The notes under the pieces were generated by a model, which had not been told where the DNA came from, did not search any database, and was given only the letters and a program-made list of their open reading frames with translations. The translations under genes and the position numbers were made by a program. DNA of 61,217 nt, the filler included. It is 8 parts of 8 records of this genome, joined end to end, with 100 filler letters (N's around TTAATTAATTAA, not from the genome) between each part and the next. Parts side by side here need not be neighbours in the genome. Positions count along the whole stretch, not along the records: positions 8,553 to 13,913 come from DRR723986_17386; positions 14,014 to 23,975 come from DRR723986_17387; 6 more parts are not named here. One strand, 5' to 3'. Of the stretch, positions 10,398 through 20,353 are shown in pieces; within the stretch, counting starts at the first letter, position 1, and every line of letters starts with the position of its first letter.

Positions 10398-11294
10398 ATG
10401 ATACCGATTTGGATTGTTGCTGCTCTTGCCACCGCCACCTGTTTTGCGGTGTCAGGCCTGCTTGCCTATGATGCGGCGCGGGCGCTTGGCGCAACGGTGT
10501 TCAGCTTTGCTCGGATGGCATTGGTCGCAATCGGCGCAGGCGGGTTGGTGCTGCTGTTCGGGCTCGACAGCCGGATGAACGGCGATGATGTTGCGCTGCT
10601 TTGTGCCTCGGGGGTGATGGGTGTGTTTCTGTCCGACACCCTGCGCTATGCCTCGCTTTCAAGGGTAGGGCCACAACTTCAATCGTTGCTCGGCACCGCC
10701 ACCGCGCCCTTTGCGCTTTTGTTGGGCTTTCTTGTTTTGGGACAGACGGTTTCTATCCTGTCTTTGGTTGGCACCGGTATGATCATAACGGGCCTCGTTG
10801 CCGCTGCGAGTGCCCGTGGCAATTCCAGTGACACAAGGTTCTCCGGGGACACTGCGGGCCTCACGCCGGGCATCGGGTTTGGCCTTGGGGCCGCACTCAC
10901 CCAAGCGGGCAGCGTCTTGATCGCAGCTCCGGTTATGGCCAAGGGCATTGATCCGTTGTCAGCAACCTTTGTTCGTTCCGTTGCCGGGGCGCTGAGCTTG
11001 CTCTTGCCCGTCTTGCTATCTGCCCCGCGCCGAATCCAAATTCAAAGCATGAGCCGCACCGTGGCAAAGCAGGTTGTCTTCAGCGCAGTCGTCGGCACTG
11101 GCCTTGGCATGTCGTTGCAGCTTTTCGCATTGGCAAGTGGGCCGGTCGGCATTGTTGCAACTCTGTCCGCAACAACGCCCCTGATCGTTTTGCCGTTGAT
11201 TTGGATCATCGGTCGGTCTCGGCCCAAAGCATTGGCATGGCTTGGCGCCGTTATCGGGGTGGCTGGCGTCGCGCTGATCTCGAACGCGTCCTAG
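10398..11294 (+). CDS. DMT/EamA family transporter
   Basis: 298 aa, about 10 TM helices in two EamA-like repeats. Confidence 0.85.
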   Translation: MIPIWIVAALATATCFAVSGLLAYDAARALGATVFSFARMALVAIGAGGLVLLFGLDSRMNGDDVALLCASGVMGVFLSDTLRYASLSRVGPQLQSLLGTATAPFALLLGFLVLGQTVSILSLVGTGMIITGLVAAASARGNSSDTRFSGDTAGLTPGIGFGLGAALTQAGSVLIAAPVMAKGIDPLSATFVRSVAGALSLLLPVLLSAPRRIQIQSMSRTVAKQVVFSAVVGTGLGMSLQLFALASGPVGIVATLSATTPLIVLPLIWIIGRSRPKALAWLGAVIGVAGVALISNAS

Positions 11295-11650
11295 CCGGCC
11301 CGCCCATCCGAAATCAGACCAACAGGGGCATCCGCTGCCTTTTCAAAGTCCAGCGCAGCGGCGTAGGCCACGGCAGTGGCGCGCTTGAATTCATAGCGCA
11401 TCTCGCCTGCCTCTTCCTCGCTGGCGACGATCAGGCACTGAAACAGGTGGTTGGCCCCATCGTACAAATCGACCAACCCGCGCAATTTTGGCGCGTCCTG
11501 CGCGTCCACAGCAAAGCCGGTTTTCCACATGCGCAGCACCGGATGGATCACGCCATTCACGTCGATCCGCAGTCGCGAGGCTTTGCGCAGACTGTCACGC
11601 CGCGCCGCATCGAGCCCCGCCTGAACTTCCTTGGAGAAATAAATTTCCAT
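11291..11650 (-). CDS. Hypothetical protein
   Basis: Clean 119-aa ORF, convergent 4-nt overlap with the EamA gene; no function recognised. Confidence 0.7.
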   Translation of the reverse strand: MEIYFSKEVQAGLDAARRDSLRKASRLRIDVNGVIHPVLRMWKTGFAVDAQDAPKLRGLVDLYDGANHLFQCLIVASEEEAGEMRYEFKRATAVAYAAALDFEKAADAPVGLISDGRAG

Positions 11651-11825
11651 AGCAAACCCCCATTCACCTGATCAAAAACTGCCCTAAACCATGGCAAAAT
11701 CAAGTTAAATTTCTGTGACGCCCGCCAAACTGTGCAAATTTGCAGAGGCGCATGCGCGGCAGTTGCCCCTGTGGTTTCACTGAAACACCCCTAGATCTGA
11801 CCAAACAGCGCAGAAGGAGATCAAA

Positions 11826-12800
11826 ATGGGCCTATTGGTAGACGGAAAATGGCAGGACAAATGGTATGACACCAAGTCGACTGATGGCGCCTTCAAACGA
11901 TCCGCTGCAAAATTCCGCAACTGGATCACCGCAGATGGCACCGCCGGACCCTCTGGCGAGGCGGGCTTCAAAGCCGAATCGGGCCGCTATCATCTTTATG
12001 TCAGCTATGCCTGCCCCTGGGCGCACCGCGCCCTGATCTTTCGCACACTGAAAGGGCTGGAGGATCACATAACGATCTCTGCCGTACATCCCGATATGCT
12101 TGGCGAAGGATGGACCTTCGCGGACGATTTTGACGGGGCGACCGGCGATACCCTGTTTGGCTATCCCTATGCCCGCGATGTCTATACCCGTGCCGATCCG
12201 AAGTTCACCGGGCGGGTCACCGTGCCAATCCTATGGGACAAAACCCAAAGCACCATCGTTTCCAATGAAAGCTCCGAAATCATCCGCATGTTCAACAGTG
12301 CGTTTGACGGTATCACCGGCAACACCGACGACTATTGGCCCGTGGATCAGCGCGACCAGATCGAAGCCGTGAATGACCGGATCTATGACACCTTCAACAA
12401 CGGCGTGTACAAGGCCGGTTTCGCAACCACCCAAACCGCTTATGATGCGGCGATTGTGCCTCTGTTCGAGACCCTCGATTGGATCGAAGACATCCTGTCA
12501 AAGAACCGCTATCTGATCGGGGACCAGATCACCGAGGCCGACTGGCGGTTGTTCACCACGCTTGTGCGGTTTGATCCGGTGTACCACCAGCATTTCAAAT
12601 GCAATCGCAAACGCATTGTCGATTACCCGAACATCTGGGCCTATACCCGCGAATTGTATCAGCGGCCCGGCGTTGCGGGCACGGTGAATTTTGATCACAT
12701 CGTGCGCCATTATCATTACAGCCACGATACGATTAATCCAAACCGGATCATCCCGATCAACCCCGTGCTGGATTTCGACGCACCGCACGGCCGCGGCTAA
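11826..12800 (+). CDS. yqjG: Glutathionyl-hydroquinone reductase (GST Xi/omega-like)
   Basis: GRYHLYVSYACPWAHR, TVPILWD, NESSEI, NNGVYKAGFA, RFDPVY; AGGAG RBS. Confidence 0.92.
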   Translation: MGLLVDGKWQDKWYDTKSTDGAFKRSAAKFRNWITADGTAGPSGEAGFKAESGRYHLYVSYACPWAHRALIFRTLKGLEDHITISAVHPDMLGEGWTFADDFDGATGDTLFGYPYARDVYTRADPKFTGRVTVPILWDKTQSTIVSNESSEIIRMFNSAFDGITGNTDDYWPVDQRDQIEAVNDRIYDTFNNGVYKAGFATTQTAYDAAIVPLFETLDWIEDILSKNRYLIGDQITEADWRLFTTLVRFDPVYHQHFKCNRKRIVDYPNIWAYTRELYQRPGVAGTVNFDHIVRHYHYSHDTINPNRIIPINPVLDFDAPHGRG

Positions 12801-13162
12801 CAGCCCTCAGCGCAATAATGCTCAACCATCGTCGCCAGATCCTCTGGCGGCGTGGTGGCCGGCAGAAAGGCGCGCGCATTGGCAAAATGCGCAAAGATCG
12901 ACCCGTCCGAAAAGAACGATCTGCCTGTCACAAAAACCACCCGTGCATTGGGTTGCCGAAAGCTGGCAAAATCCGCCACATTCATCGCCGATCCGCCCTT
13001 GAGTTCGAGATCCAGCACAATGGTTTCGACAGGTTCATCCGACAGAAATTTGATCGCTTCATCCGGCCAACACACCAGTTTCGTTTCCATGCCCAAACGG
13101 TCCAAATGTCGCTGCCACAACAGACCAAGGTCTTGGCAGCTTTGGACGATCAACACTTGCAT
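12797..13162 (-). CDS. Single-domain atypical response regulator (Osp-like)
   Basis: Receiver fold (VLIV...IVLDL...VVFVT) with the phospho-Asp retained, but lacking the acidic pair and the conserved Lys. Confidence 0.75.
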   Translation of the reverse strand: MQVLIVQSCQDLGLLWQRHLDRLGMETKLVCWPDEAIKFLSDEPVETIVLDLELKGGSAMNVADFASFRQPNARVVFVTGRSFFSDGSIFAHFANARAFLPATTPPEDLATMVEHYCAEGC

Positions 13163-13218
13163 GAAAGCTCCTTCAAAAGGATCAAAACGATCCGCATTTC
13201 ACTGGTCTGCCCATTTCG

Positions 13219-13234
13219 TTAACAAAAGGTTAAC
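13219..13234. promoter_or_regulatory. CtrA binding site
   Basis: TTAA-CAAAAGG-TTAAC, a perfect TTAA-N7-TTAAC consensus, upstream of the receiver gene. Confidence 0.7.
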
Positions 13235-13349
13235 GGACGCCCGAAACCTTTAACCTTTGCAACATGACTTGAACACTTGGCACAATTCCGCTTTGACCGT
13301 TGCACCAACCGGCACAATTTGGCCGGTGACGCACAAAAGGAAATGTTAG

Positions 13350-13913
13350 GTGGACAGCGGCAAACGGGATCATGGCGGCGGGCTTGACGCGGCGGCGGCG
13401 CAGTATGGCGGACAGCGCGGTGACTGGCTTGATCTGTCTACCGGCATCAACCCTGTGCCCTACCCTTTGCCCGAAATCGCGGAAAACGCTTGGACCGCCT
13501 TGCCCGATGAGGCGGCCCTGTCAGAGTTGGAAAGCGCCGCCCGCAGATTTTGGAAAGTGCCCGAAGGCGCCGCCGTGATGGCGGTGCCGGGTGCCTCCGC
13601 CGCGATTGTCCATATTCCCCATCTGGCGCCTGCTGGCACCGTGCATATTCCGGGGCCGACCTACAATGAACACGCCGCAAGTTTTGCGCAGGCCGGGTGG
13701 CGCGTTAGCCATGACGCCGGTCCTGCCTCCGCAAGCGTCCACGTCCACCCCAACAATCCCACAGGGCAGCTTTGGCAGGCCGCCGACCTCTCTGGCGCAT
13801 TACGTGTCATCGACGAAAGCTTTTGTGATGTGACGCCGGACAAGACCTTGATGGATCAGGCGCTAATTTCCGGCACGCTGATCCTGAAAAGCTTTGGCAA
13901 GTTCTGGGGGCTG
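13350..13913 (+). CDS. cobC: Threonine-phosphate decarboxylase (cobalamin synthesis), 3' truncated
   Basis: DHGG, WLDLSTGINP, PTYNEH, PNNPTG, IDESF, KSFGKFWGL. Confidence 0.88.
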
Positions 13914-14013
13914 NNNNNNNNNNNNNNNNNNNNNNNNNNNNNNNNNNNNNNNNNNNNTTAATTAATTAANNNNNNNNNNNNNNNNNNNNNNNNNNNNNNN
14001 NNNNNNNNNNNNN
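13914..14013. other. Artificial contig linker
   Basis: N44-TTAATTAATTAA-N44. Confidence 0.99.
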
Positions 14014-14052
14014 CCTTGATCACGCAAAAGTATGCCCAAAATTAACTGATTT

Positions 14053-14125
14053 CCCGTTAAACACCTCAGACTGCCCGTTAAACTGTTAAGTTAACCCGTT
14101 CAACACTTGACACTTCCCATGCTAC
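14053..14125. repeat. Degenerate direct repeats with 21-bp period
   Basis: CCCGTTAAAC at 14053 and 14074, CCCGTTCAAC at 14095, degenerate CCCATGCTAC at 14116. Confidence 0.55.
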
Positions 14126-14238
14126 TTTTGGTGCTGCCTTTTTATTGCTTCCGATTGATTGCAGCGCTCCTTCGCTTAACAGCTCGTAGCTTGCCTTTTG
14201 ATTGTTTTGCTCGCTTTTGAACTGGAAACTTCACTGCC

Positions 14239-14778
14239 ATGAGAAACAAATACCAAATTGGCAATGCCCCCCAGCCAGTCAATTGTTGTGCAGCAGAAGT
14301 TCCGAATGACGATCAGGCTGTAGATGAGCCTGTGGATCGGCAGAATATGATGGAGTTGGACGACGACTTTGTCAGCCGGTCCTTAATCAGTTTCGTTGAA
14401 AAAACCGGTTTCAACCCGAAAGTGAACAGGGCAGCTCAAAAAGCTCCGCAAGCAAAAGATGAATTTTCACTTGCTGAGAATGAACGCACAGCGCAAAGAT
14501 CACGAAGAGATCGAAGAGATCGATGATATTCGGCAAGCTCGCAATCACGCAGAGAATATGCTGTAAGAGTCTACAAGTTGATAATTGGGTGGTTGATTGT
14601 TATCGCAGTTTTTCTGCTCCTGACTGGATTCGGCAAAGCCTTTGGATTCTTGCAGATGGCCGGCAGCATTATTCTGGCCTCAATTGGTGGTACAACTCTT
14701 AAACTTTTAGGCTTATTTGCCATCGCCATGCGGCATCTTTTTCCACTTGCTGCTCCCAGAAATGGAGTGAAAAGTTAG
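14239..14778 (+). pseudogene. Interrupted gene for a protein with two C-terminal TM helices
   Basis: ORFs 14239-14526 and 14578-14778 share a frame and are separated only by TGA 14524-14526; an alternative frame across the break reads KDHEEIEEIDDIRQARNH. Confidence 0.6.
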
Positions 14779-15002
14779 GAGCCTGGCAGGATTAGTGCCG
14801 ATCCCATTAAACCGTCGAGTCTAAATCAGTGAATTCAGGCCCTAAACCCAACAACTAACAAAAACATCCAACAAGCCTGAGATGCAAGTGAGTCATCGAA
14901 CGGCGCAGCTCAAAGCGAGCCCCCAATCTCAAAGACTATTAGGGACCAATGGGGTAATCGCGATGCCGGAAAAGTTGATGCAACAAACAAAAAAACCGAG
15001 CG

Positions 15003-15338
15003 TCAGTCGCCCTTGTCGGTGAAGTCAACGTCGCGAATTTCGCCTTCGTCGAGCTTGTTGACGCTGTCGGAGATTTTGGTGGATTGGCTCGGCGCCGGTG
15101 CATCACCCTTGAGAACCACAACTTCGTCGCTTTTGTAAATCACGTCTTCCTGTGTTTGCTGCGCCTTACGGCCAAAACCGCCGCGCGAACGGAAATTAGT
15201 CTGAAAATTGAAGCCGGATTTCTTGTCGGTGGGGATGCCCAGCATACGCCGAATGGCACCCAGAACCCAGCCGGTAGCGACGATGACGCCTACGATAATC
15301 GCGAAGATGACTAAGAGAATCTTGGACACGAGCCGCAA
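15003..15338 (-). CDS. Hypothetical membrane-anchored protein
   Basis: N-terminal TM helix, polar tail ending EIRDVDFTDK. Confidence 0.65.
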   Translation of the reverse strand: MRLVSKILLVIFAIIVGVIVATGWVLGAIRRMLGIPTDKKSGFNFQTNFRSRGGFGRKAQQTQEDVIYKSDEVVVLKGDAPAPSQSTKISDSVNKLDEGEIRDVDFTDKGD

Positions 15339-15415
15339 TCCTTTGATTGTTGAGCAGATGCAAGGTCATACGGACGGCAAGATTGTTTGTTGTACCTGAA
15401 TGCAGGTAAATGCAT

Positions 15416-15449
15416 AAAAAAAGCCCGCTCACACCAGGTGTAAGCGGGC
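15416..15449 (-). terminator. Intrinsic terminator after the ECF sigma gene
   Basis: GCCCGCT/AGCGGGC stem followed by a T7 run on the minus strand. Confidence 0.75.
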
Positions 15450-15477
15450 AATTTATGTGACTATCGTCGATATCAGA

Positions 15478-16044
15478 TTACTCGTTCGAATTGACCGATT
15501 CATACAGTTCCGTCAACTTCTTGCGAAGGTGCAGTACCGCATAACGTTTGCGGGCCAGGAGCGTATTGATGTTCACACCGGTTTCTTCCGCGATTTGGCG
15601 GAAAGGAATACCTTCGAACTCATTTTGCTCAAACACTTCGCGTTGTTCCTTGGGCAGTTCCTTCAGGCCGTCCTGTACAGCTTCCCAGATAGTTTTGCGC
15701 ATCAAAGCGCTCTCTGGGCTGGCCGAGAGGTCGGTTATGAAGTTTTCAAAGGTGTCCATGCCGTCTTCAGCTTGACCTGGAAGCTGCATGTCCGAAAACG
15801 TTTCCGCACGTTTCTTGCGATAAGAATCGATAATTCTGTTTCTAACCGCCGTGAACACCCAAGATGCGATGTTCTCAATCGGTTTGGAAACGTTGGCTGA
15901 GGCTGCCAGTACATTCGTAAACACATCTTGCAAAATGTCTTCTGCTTCTTCCGCAGTACGTACCCGTTGGCGAATGAATCCCAAGAATTTCTTGCGATCT
16001 GTCCGGAACAGGTGTTCGATCTGAAGAGCCAAATCCATTGCCAT
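15478..16044 (-). CDS. ECF sigma-70 factor
   Basis: Region 2 AEDILQDVF...WVFTAVRNRIIDSYRKK; region 4 LPKEQREVF...IAEETGVNINTLLARKRYA; GGAGG RBS before ATG 16044. Confidence 0.9.
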   Translation of the reverse strand: MAMDLALQIEHLFRTDRKKFLGFIRQRVRTAEEAEDILQDVFTNVLAASANVSKPIENIASWVFTAVRNRIIDSYRKKRAETFSDMQLPGQAEDGMDTFENFITDLSASPESALMRKTIWEAVQDGLKELPKEQREVFEQNEFEGIPFRQIAEETGVNINTLLARKRYAVLHLRKKLTELYESVNSNE

Positions 16045-16457
16045 TATTACCTCCCTAGACTGATTATCATCATCCTCAAATATGGTCGTCGTAATTCCAC
16101 CGGAATCGTCTTCTATACTACCTATCATCATTTTCTGCCGTGCTTGATAGCTAACCATCAAGTACCCTTGTTCAGTTCCTTGTTCCAACAATATTTGTTA
16201 GAACAAATATCTGCCCGCTAAATTCACGCGAAAATACGAATAATAATTCCGTAAGTCAAGCATTTCGCGCTTCTCTTCAAAGAACGGCGGCGCTTCAGCT
16301 GTTCGGCGCCGGCTGCCGGAACCCAGTTTGCCAGTTTTCAGGCGGCTTGGGTGGCCTTTTCAAAACATCGAGCGCATTTCAACGTCGATGATGCGCTAAG
16401 TACGGCATATTTTCGAAAAGGTTCGAATTTTTTGGTGTCAACCGTCATTTTTTTGAC

Positions 16458-17582
16458 ATGACTCCATTTCCAGCTTGTATTGAGGAGGCACGAAGGCCCG
16501 TGAAAGTTGCAATTAGCTGCGGAGATATTAACGGCATCGGCCTTGAAGTTCTATGCTCCACGCTGCGCGACCATTCGCCGCAATGCCTCAGCGAGCAGGA
16601 AATTGAGCTGCTGCTGATTGCCGAGCCCCAAAGTCTTTTAGCCTATGCTGCCCAAATTGGAGTGCCAATCGACTGGAACGCCAGCAATGCCACCACCTCA
16701 GGGCACGCCGCCGCACGGTCTAGAGACCAGGCAGCGTCAATGCAGTTACACACCCTCAATATTCACGGTCATAAACTCCATTTGCTGCCCTGTCGTTCCC
16801 AGGCCACCTTGCGCCCAGGGCAATTGCAGGCCGATGCCGGAGCTCTGGCGCTCGAAGCCCTTGAGCATGCCGCCACATTGGCGCTGGCAGGTGAGGTCGA
16901 TGCCGTCCTGACCCTGCCGGTCAATAAAAAGGCGCTGCACATGGCCGGTGCCGATTTTCCGGGGCAGACCGAATTTTTTGCGCGCCGCGCCGGAGTTGAG
17001 CATCCGATGATGATCCTCTGTGCACGCGAAGTCCGCGTCGGTTTGGCCACAATCCACATTCCACTTAGCCAGGTAGCCCAAAACATCAGCGCCGCAAGTG
17101 TCGAACGCGGCATTCTGCGCCTCGAAAGCAGCCTGCGCAAAGACTTTGGCCTCGAAGCCCCGCGCATCGCCGTCCTTGGATTAAACCCACATGCGGGCGA
17201 AGAAGGCGACATCGGATCCGAGGAAATCACAACTATTTCGCCGCTGCTTGAATCGTTGCGCGCAAAACGTGTTACTAATGACGGTGCTAAACTGGATGGT
17301 CCCTTTCCGGCCGACGGCTTTTTTGCACACGGCGCCTGGCGAAACTATGACGGAATCCTGGCCATGTATCACGATCAGGGTCTGATTCCGCTCAAAATGA
17401 TCGCCGCAGGCGGCGGTGTCAACGTCACGGCAGGTCTGCCATTTGTGCGTACCTCGCCGGATCATGGAACCGCTTTTGGCATCGCCGGAATGTCGCGTGC
17501 CGATGCAAGTGCCTGTGCGGAAGCTCTTTTGCTCGCCGCCTCAATGGTCCGTTCGCGAGCACGCGCCGCCAGCACAGTTTAA
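16458..17582 (+). CDS. pdxA: 4-hydroxythreonine-4-phosphate dehydrogenase
   Basis: GDINGIGLE, PVNKK, GLNPHAGE, MYHDQGLIP, RTSPDHGTAF. Confidence 0.93.
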   Translation: MTPFPACIEEARRPVKVAISCGDINGIGLEVLCSTLRDHSPQCLSEQEIELLLIAEPQSLLAYAAQIGVPIDWNASNATTSGHAAARSRDQAASMQLHTLNIHGHKLHLLPCRSQATLRPGQLQADAGALALEALEHAATLALAGEVDAVLTLPVNKKALHMAGADFPGQTEFFARRAGVEHPMMILCAREVRVGLATIHIPLSQVAQNISAASVERGILRLESSLRKDFGLEAPRIAVLGLNPHAGEEGDIGSEEITTISPLLESLRAKRVTNDGAKLDGPFPADGFFAHGAWRNYDGILAMYHDQGLIPLKMIAAGGGVNVTAGLPFVRTSPDHGTAFGIAGMSRADASACAEALLLAASMVRSRARAASTV

Positions 17583-17682
17583 GCTTCGTGCAAGTCACCT
17601 CAGGTGATACTTTTTCGGTTTATTGTCTGCGGACATTACGTGATGCGGTCTTCCGCACGCGGGAAAGAAGAGCAGTTCCCCG

Positions 17683-18597
17683 GTGAGTCATTCCAGTTTG
17701 TTTGTGCGTCCTGTGGCGGAGCAGCGTCCCACTTCGGGGGCGGTCCTCCTTACATTCGGTTTAACCTGTTTCAGTTTCCTGATCTACCAATTGGGCGGCG
17801 CATACTTTAAGATGGCGGTTGAAGGTCTGGAGCTGGGAATTCCGGTTGCGTGGATTCTGGCCGTCAGTCAACTCGTCTTTCTGTTCGTTCCTGCGCTATT
17901 TTTACTGCGTGCTGCCGGTTTAAACTTCACGCAAGTCTTTAGTGGACTTACGCGCGGTTTTTCCGGTACACACGTCACGCCGGCGCACTTCATTCTCGGC
18001 ATCATCTGTGTTTTTGCCATTCAGGTATTCAGCGCAGCTTTTGTGCCTCTGCAGTACGAACTTTTGCCAACGGATTTGGCCAATCAATTGCGCGATCTGG
18101 GTTCTCAGACACAGAAGTATTACTTTGAAGTTTTTGGTGAACCCAATGCCTGGAACTATTCGCGCTCACTGATAGTAGCCGCATTGGTTCCTGCTCTGGC
18201 AGAGGAGACACTCTTCCGCGGTTATCTGCAGCGCATCCTGGCTCTGCGTTTTGCTCCCGTCAGCGCAGTTTTGTTAACGTCTTTGCTCTTTTCGGCACTG
18301 CATGTTAACCCCGACGCCGTTGTTCCACTTTTTCTGGTTGGCGCCCTGTTTGGTCTGGCTGCCTGGCACACGGGTAGTTTGCTTCTGCCGATCTTCCTCC
18401 ACTTTTTTAACAATGCCGTTGCTGTCACGGTCTACTTTTCGATGCCCGATCTGTCGGACACTTCGGCGGGTGAGGGTTCCTGGGGTGTTGCACTTCTGGC
18501 GCTGCTCAGTTTGGGCTTGTTGTTTGCTGCCTTTGTGCGTTTAACACCGGGAGCCGGTCAGCTCGATGTGCCGGACGAACCCGTGCATCCGGTTTGA
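17683..18597 (+). CDS. CPBP (Abi/CAAX) intramembrane metalloprotease
   Basis: EETLFRG, FSALH and HFFNN motifs; multiple TM helices. Confidence 0.88.
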   Translation: MSHSSLFVRPVAEQRPTSGAVLLTFGLTCFSFLIYQLGGAYFKMAVEGLELGIPVAWILAVSQLVFLFVPALFLLRAAGLNFTQVFSGLTRGFSGTHVTPAHFILGIICVFAIQVFSAAFVPLQYELLPTDLANQLRDLGSQTQKYYFEVFGEPNAWNYSRSLIVAALVPALAEETLFRGYLQRILALRFAPVSAVLLTSLLFSALHVNPDAVVPLFLVGALFGLAAWHTGSLLLPIFLHFFNNAVAVTVYFSMPDLSDTSAGEGSWGVALLALLSLGLLFAAFVRLTPGAGQLDVPDEPVHPV

Positions 18598-18808
18598 GGT
18601 TTTGCTGTTTAACATTTTGGCGTTTTGGGCTTGACAGCTGCGCCCCTGCACTCTGTTACGCGGCTGGCTTTTTCCTTTTGTTAGTCACCGAGACTCCAGC
18701 CGCCAGTCCTTGAGTCTTAGAGTCTTTTTGCCGCAAAACCCCAAACTCAAATTCGCCAGTCTGCCGGCAGCCGGAAAGTCCCCGATATCTAATGCAGTTC
18801 TGCGAGTG

Positions 18809-20191
18809 TTACTTTACAAGTATCAGCGCTACACTTCGGATGCCGCCCTCGGTCCGCAGGCGCACATAATACACGCCCGGCGCGCTGCCGCTCCACGCAC
18901 TGCCAAGCGCATGTGTGCCCGCTGCAAACTCTCGCTTAAACAACTGAGCCACTCTGCGTCCGTGCACGTCAAATACCTCAGCCTGCACTGTTTGTGGCTG
19001 CGCGACTTCAAAGCTGACCGTAAACTTTTGACTCGTTGGATTCGGATGCAGCATAAACGAATCACCGCCTGAAGTCTCTGTGCTCGTATTCACATCCGTA
19101 AACGTGTACAGCGGAAATTCTGTTCTGAAGAGTTTTTCAGTTGTTAATACGTACAGAAATCCAGCCGAGTCCAGGCAGACAGAACGCGGAAAATCATTCG
19201 GCAACGGCGCGTGTCGCTGCAGCCTGGTCCAGCTCTCTGCCAGATCATCAGTGTACCACAACCTACCGTCACTTACTACAATGAAGTTTTCGTGTAAATC
19301 GGGCATTATACTTGCCGGATACCGCGTTGCCGGCTGGAATTCATTTGGCTCCGGAAAATTCCAGCTTTCACCGGAGTTAACCGAACTGTAGTATGGCCAT
19401 TCGGGGCTTTCGCGTGTAGCTATCAAAATTTCCCCACGTGCATTCGCGGCAATGCGCAGCGGTTGTCCGCCACCTTCCTTGTCCTGGCGCGGGTCCAGGA
19501 ACGTTCGCCAGCCGATTCGGCCTGGCCGGCTCGCATAAATTTCATAACCATCCTGCGGAATGCACAGTACCAAAGTGCTGTCTATCAGTTTTAGCGTGCC
19601 GCCTTCCTCACAGGGACCGATAAAGTCGACGTCGCGGTTCCAGCTCGTGCCATCGTCAGTGCTGATCGCCTGACGAACAAAGGCATTCCCGTCAGCAATG
19701 AAAACGGTTCGGCGCAGAATGCTGCCGTCGTGCGCTTGCTGAAGATCCAGAAAACGGTCGCCTATCTGTTGCAGGTCGTCGCGCCGAATATCATATATTT
19801 CTTCAAAACTGGCGCCATAGTCATTCGACCGCAGCAACCTGTCTGTGACTGTAACCAGAAGCGCGCCACTTTGGAGAGGAAGGAATTGGTCAATAATTAC
19901 ATGTGGCAGCCCTGTCACCGCTTGCCAACTCATTCCATGGTCGACGCTTGTAAACAGCCTGTGATCAGCTGTCTCTTCACGTGTTTTGGCATATAGGCGT
20001 CCCTCCGCCGCTGCCATAATTTCTGTGATGTCCAGGCTCTCACCACCCAGGGTTCCATCAAGTCGTATCCAATTAGAATTTTGGCCAAGTGTATTGTGTG
20101 TTGCTGTTAACATGCTAACTGTTAATGCGATCATGTTAATCATCAACCTGGCTCTCAGGCTGAGGCATTTTTTGCATGAACTTTTTTGCAT
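18809..20191 (-). CDS. T9SS type A C-terminal-domain protein with Asp-box (BNR) repeats, copy 3
   Basis: SVDHGMSW, SNDYGASF, STDDGTSW, TDDLAESW; C-terminal HPNP...VFDVHGR...PGVYYVRL; start uncertain. Confidence 0.8.
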   Translation of the reverse strand: MQKSSCKKCLSLRARLMINMIALTVSMLTATHNTLGQNSNWIRLDGTLGGESLDITEIMAAAEGRLYAKTREETADHRLFTSVDHGMSWQAVTGLPHVIIDQFLPLQSGALLVTVTDRLLRSNDYGASFEEIYDIRRDDLQQIGDRFLDLQQAHDGSILRRTVFIADGNAFVRQAISTDDGTSWNRDVDFIGPCEEGGTLKLIDSTLVLCIPQDGYEIYASRPGRIGWRTFLDPRQDKEGGGQPLRIAANARGEILIATRESPEWPYYSSVNSGESWNFPEPNEFQPATRYPASIMPDLHENFIVVSDGRLWYTDDLAESWTRLQRHAPLPNDFPRSVCLDSAGFLYVLTTEKLFRTEFPLYTFTDVNTSTETSGGDSFMLHPNPTSQKFTVSFEVAQPQTVQAEVFDVHGRRVAQLFKREFAAGTHALGSAWSGSAPGVYYVRLRTEGGIRSVALILVK

Positions 20192-20353
20192 GAGTATCTC
20201 ATCAATATGTTAGTATTTGGGGAGTTGTTTGATGAGGGTATGCCCAGATCGTGGAACCCGACGCAGTTCCAGCTCTGGCTGTTGAAAGTAAGCTGTTATG
20301 TGTTAAATCGAGTGTCGCCACGGGCAAGTGAATTTGGCGGCACCGACGGTAGT

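Noticed and set aside
13240-13349. Cobalamin riboswitch or sigma54 promoter upstream of cobC
   Set aside because: No B12-box recognised and little room; the two GGCACAATT copies (13279, 13311) give GG-N9-GC rather than the required GG-N10-GC
14524-14526. In-frame TGA as selenocysteine, given selD in the window
   Set aside because: selD is on an unrelated contig; there is no redox-motif context or evident SECIS; frameshift decay explains it better
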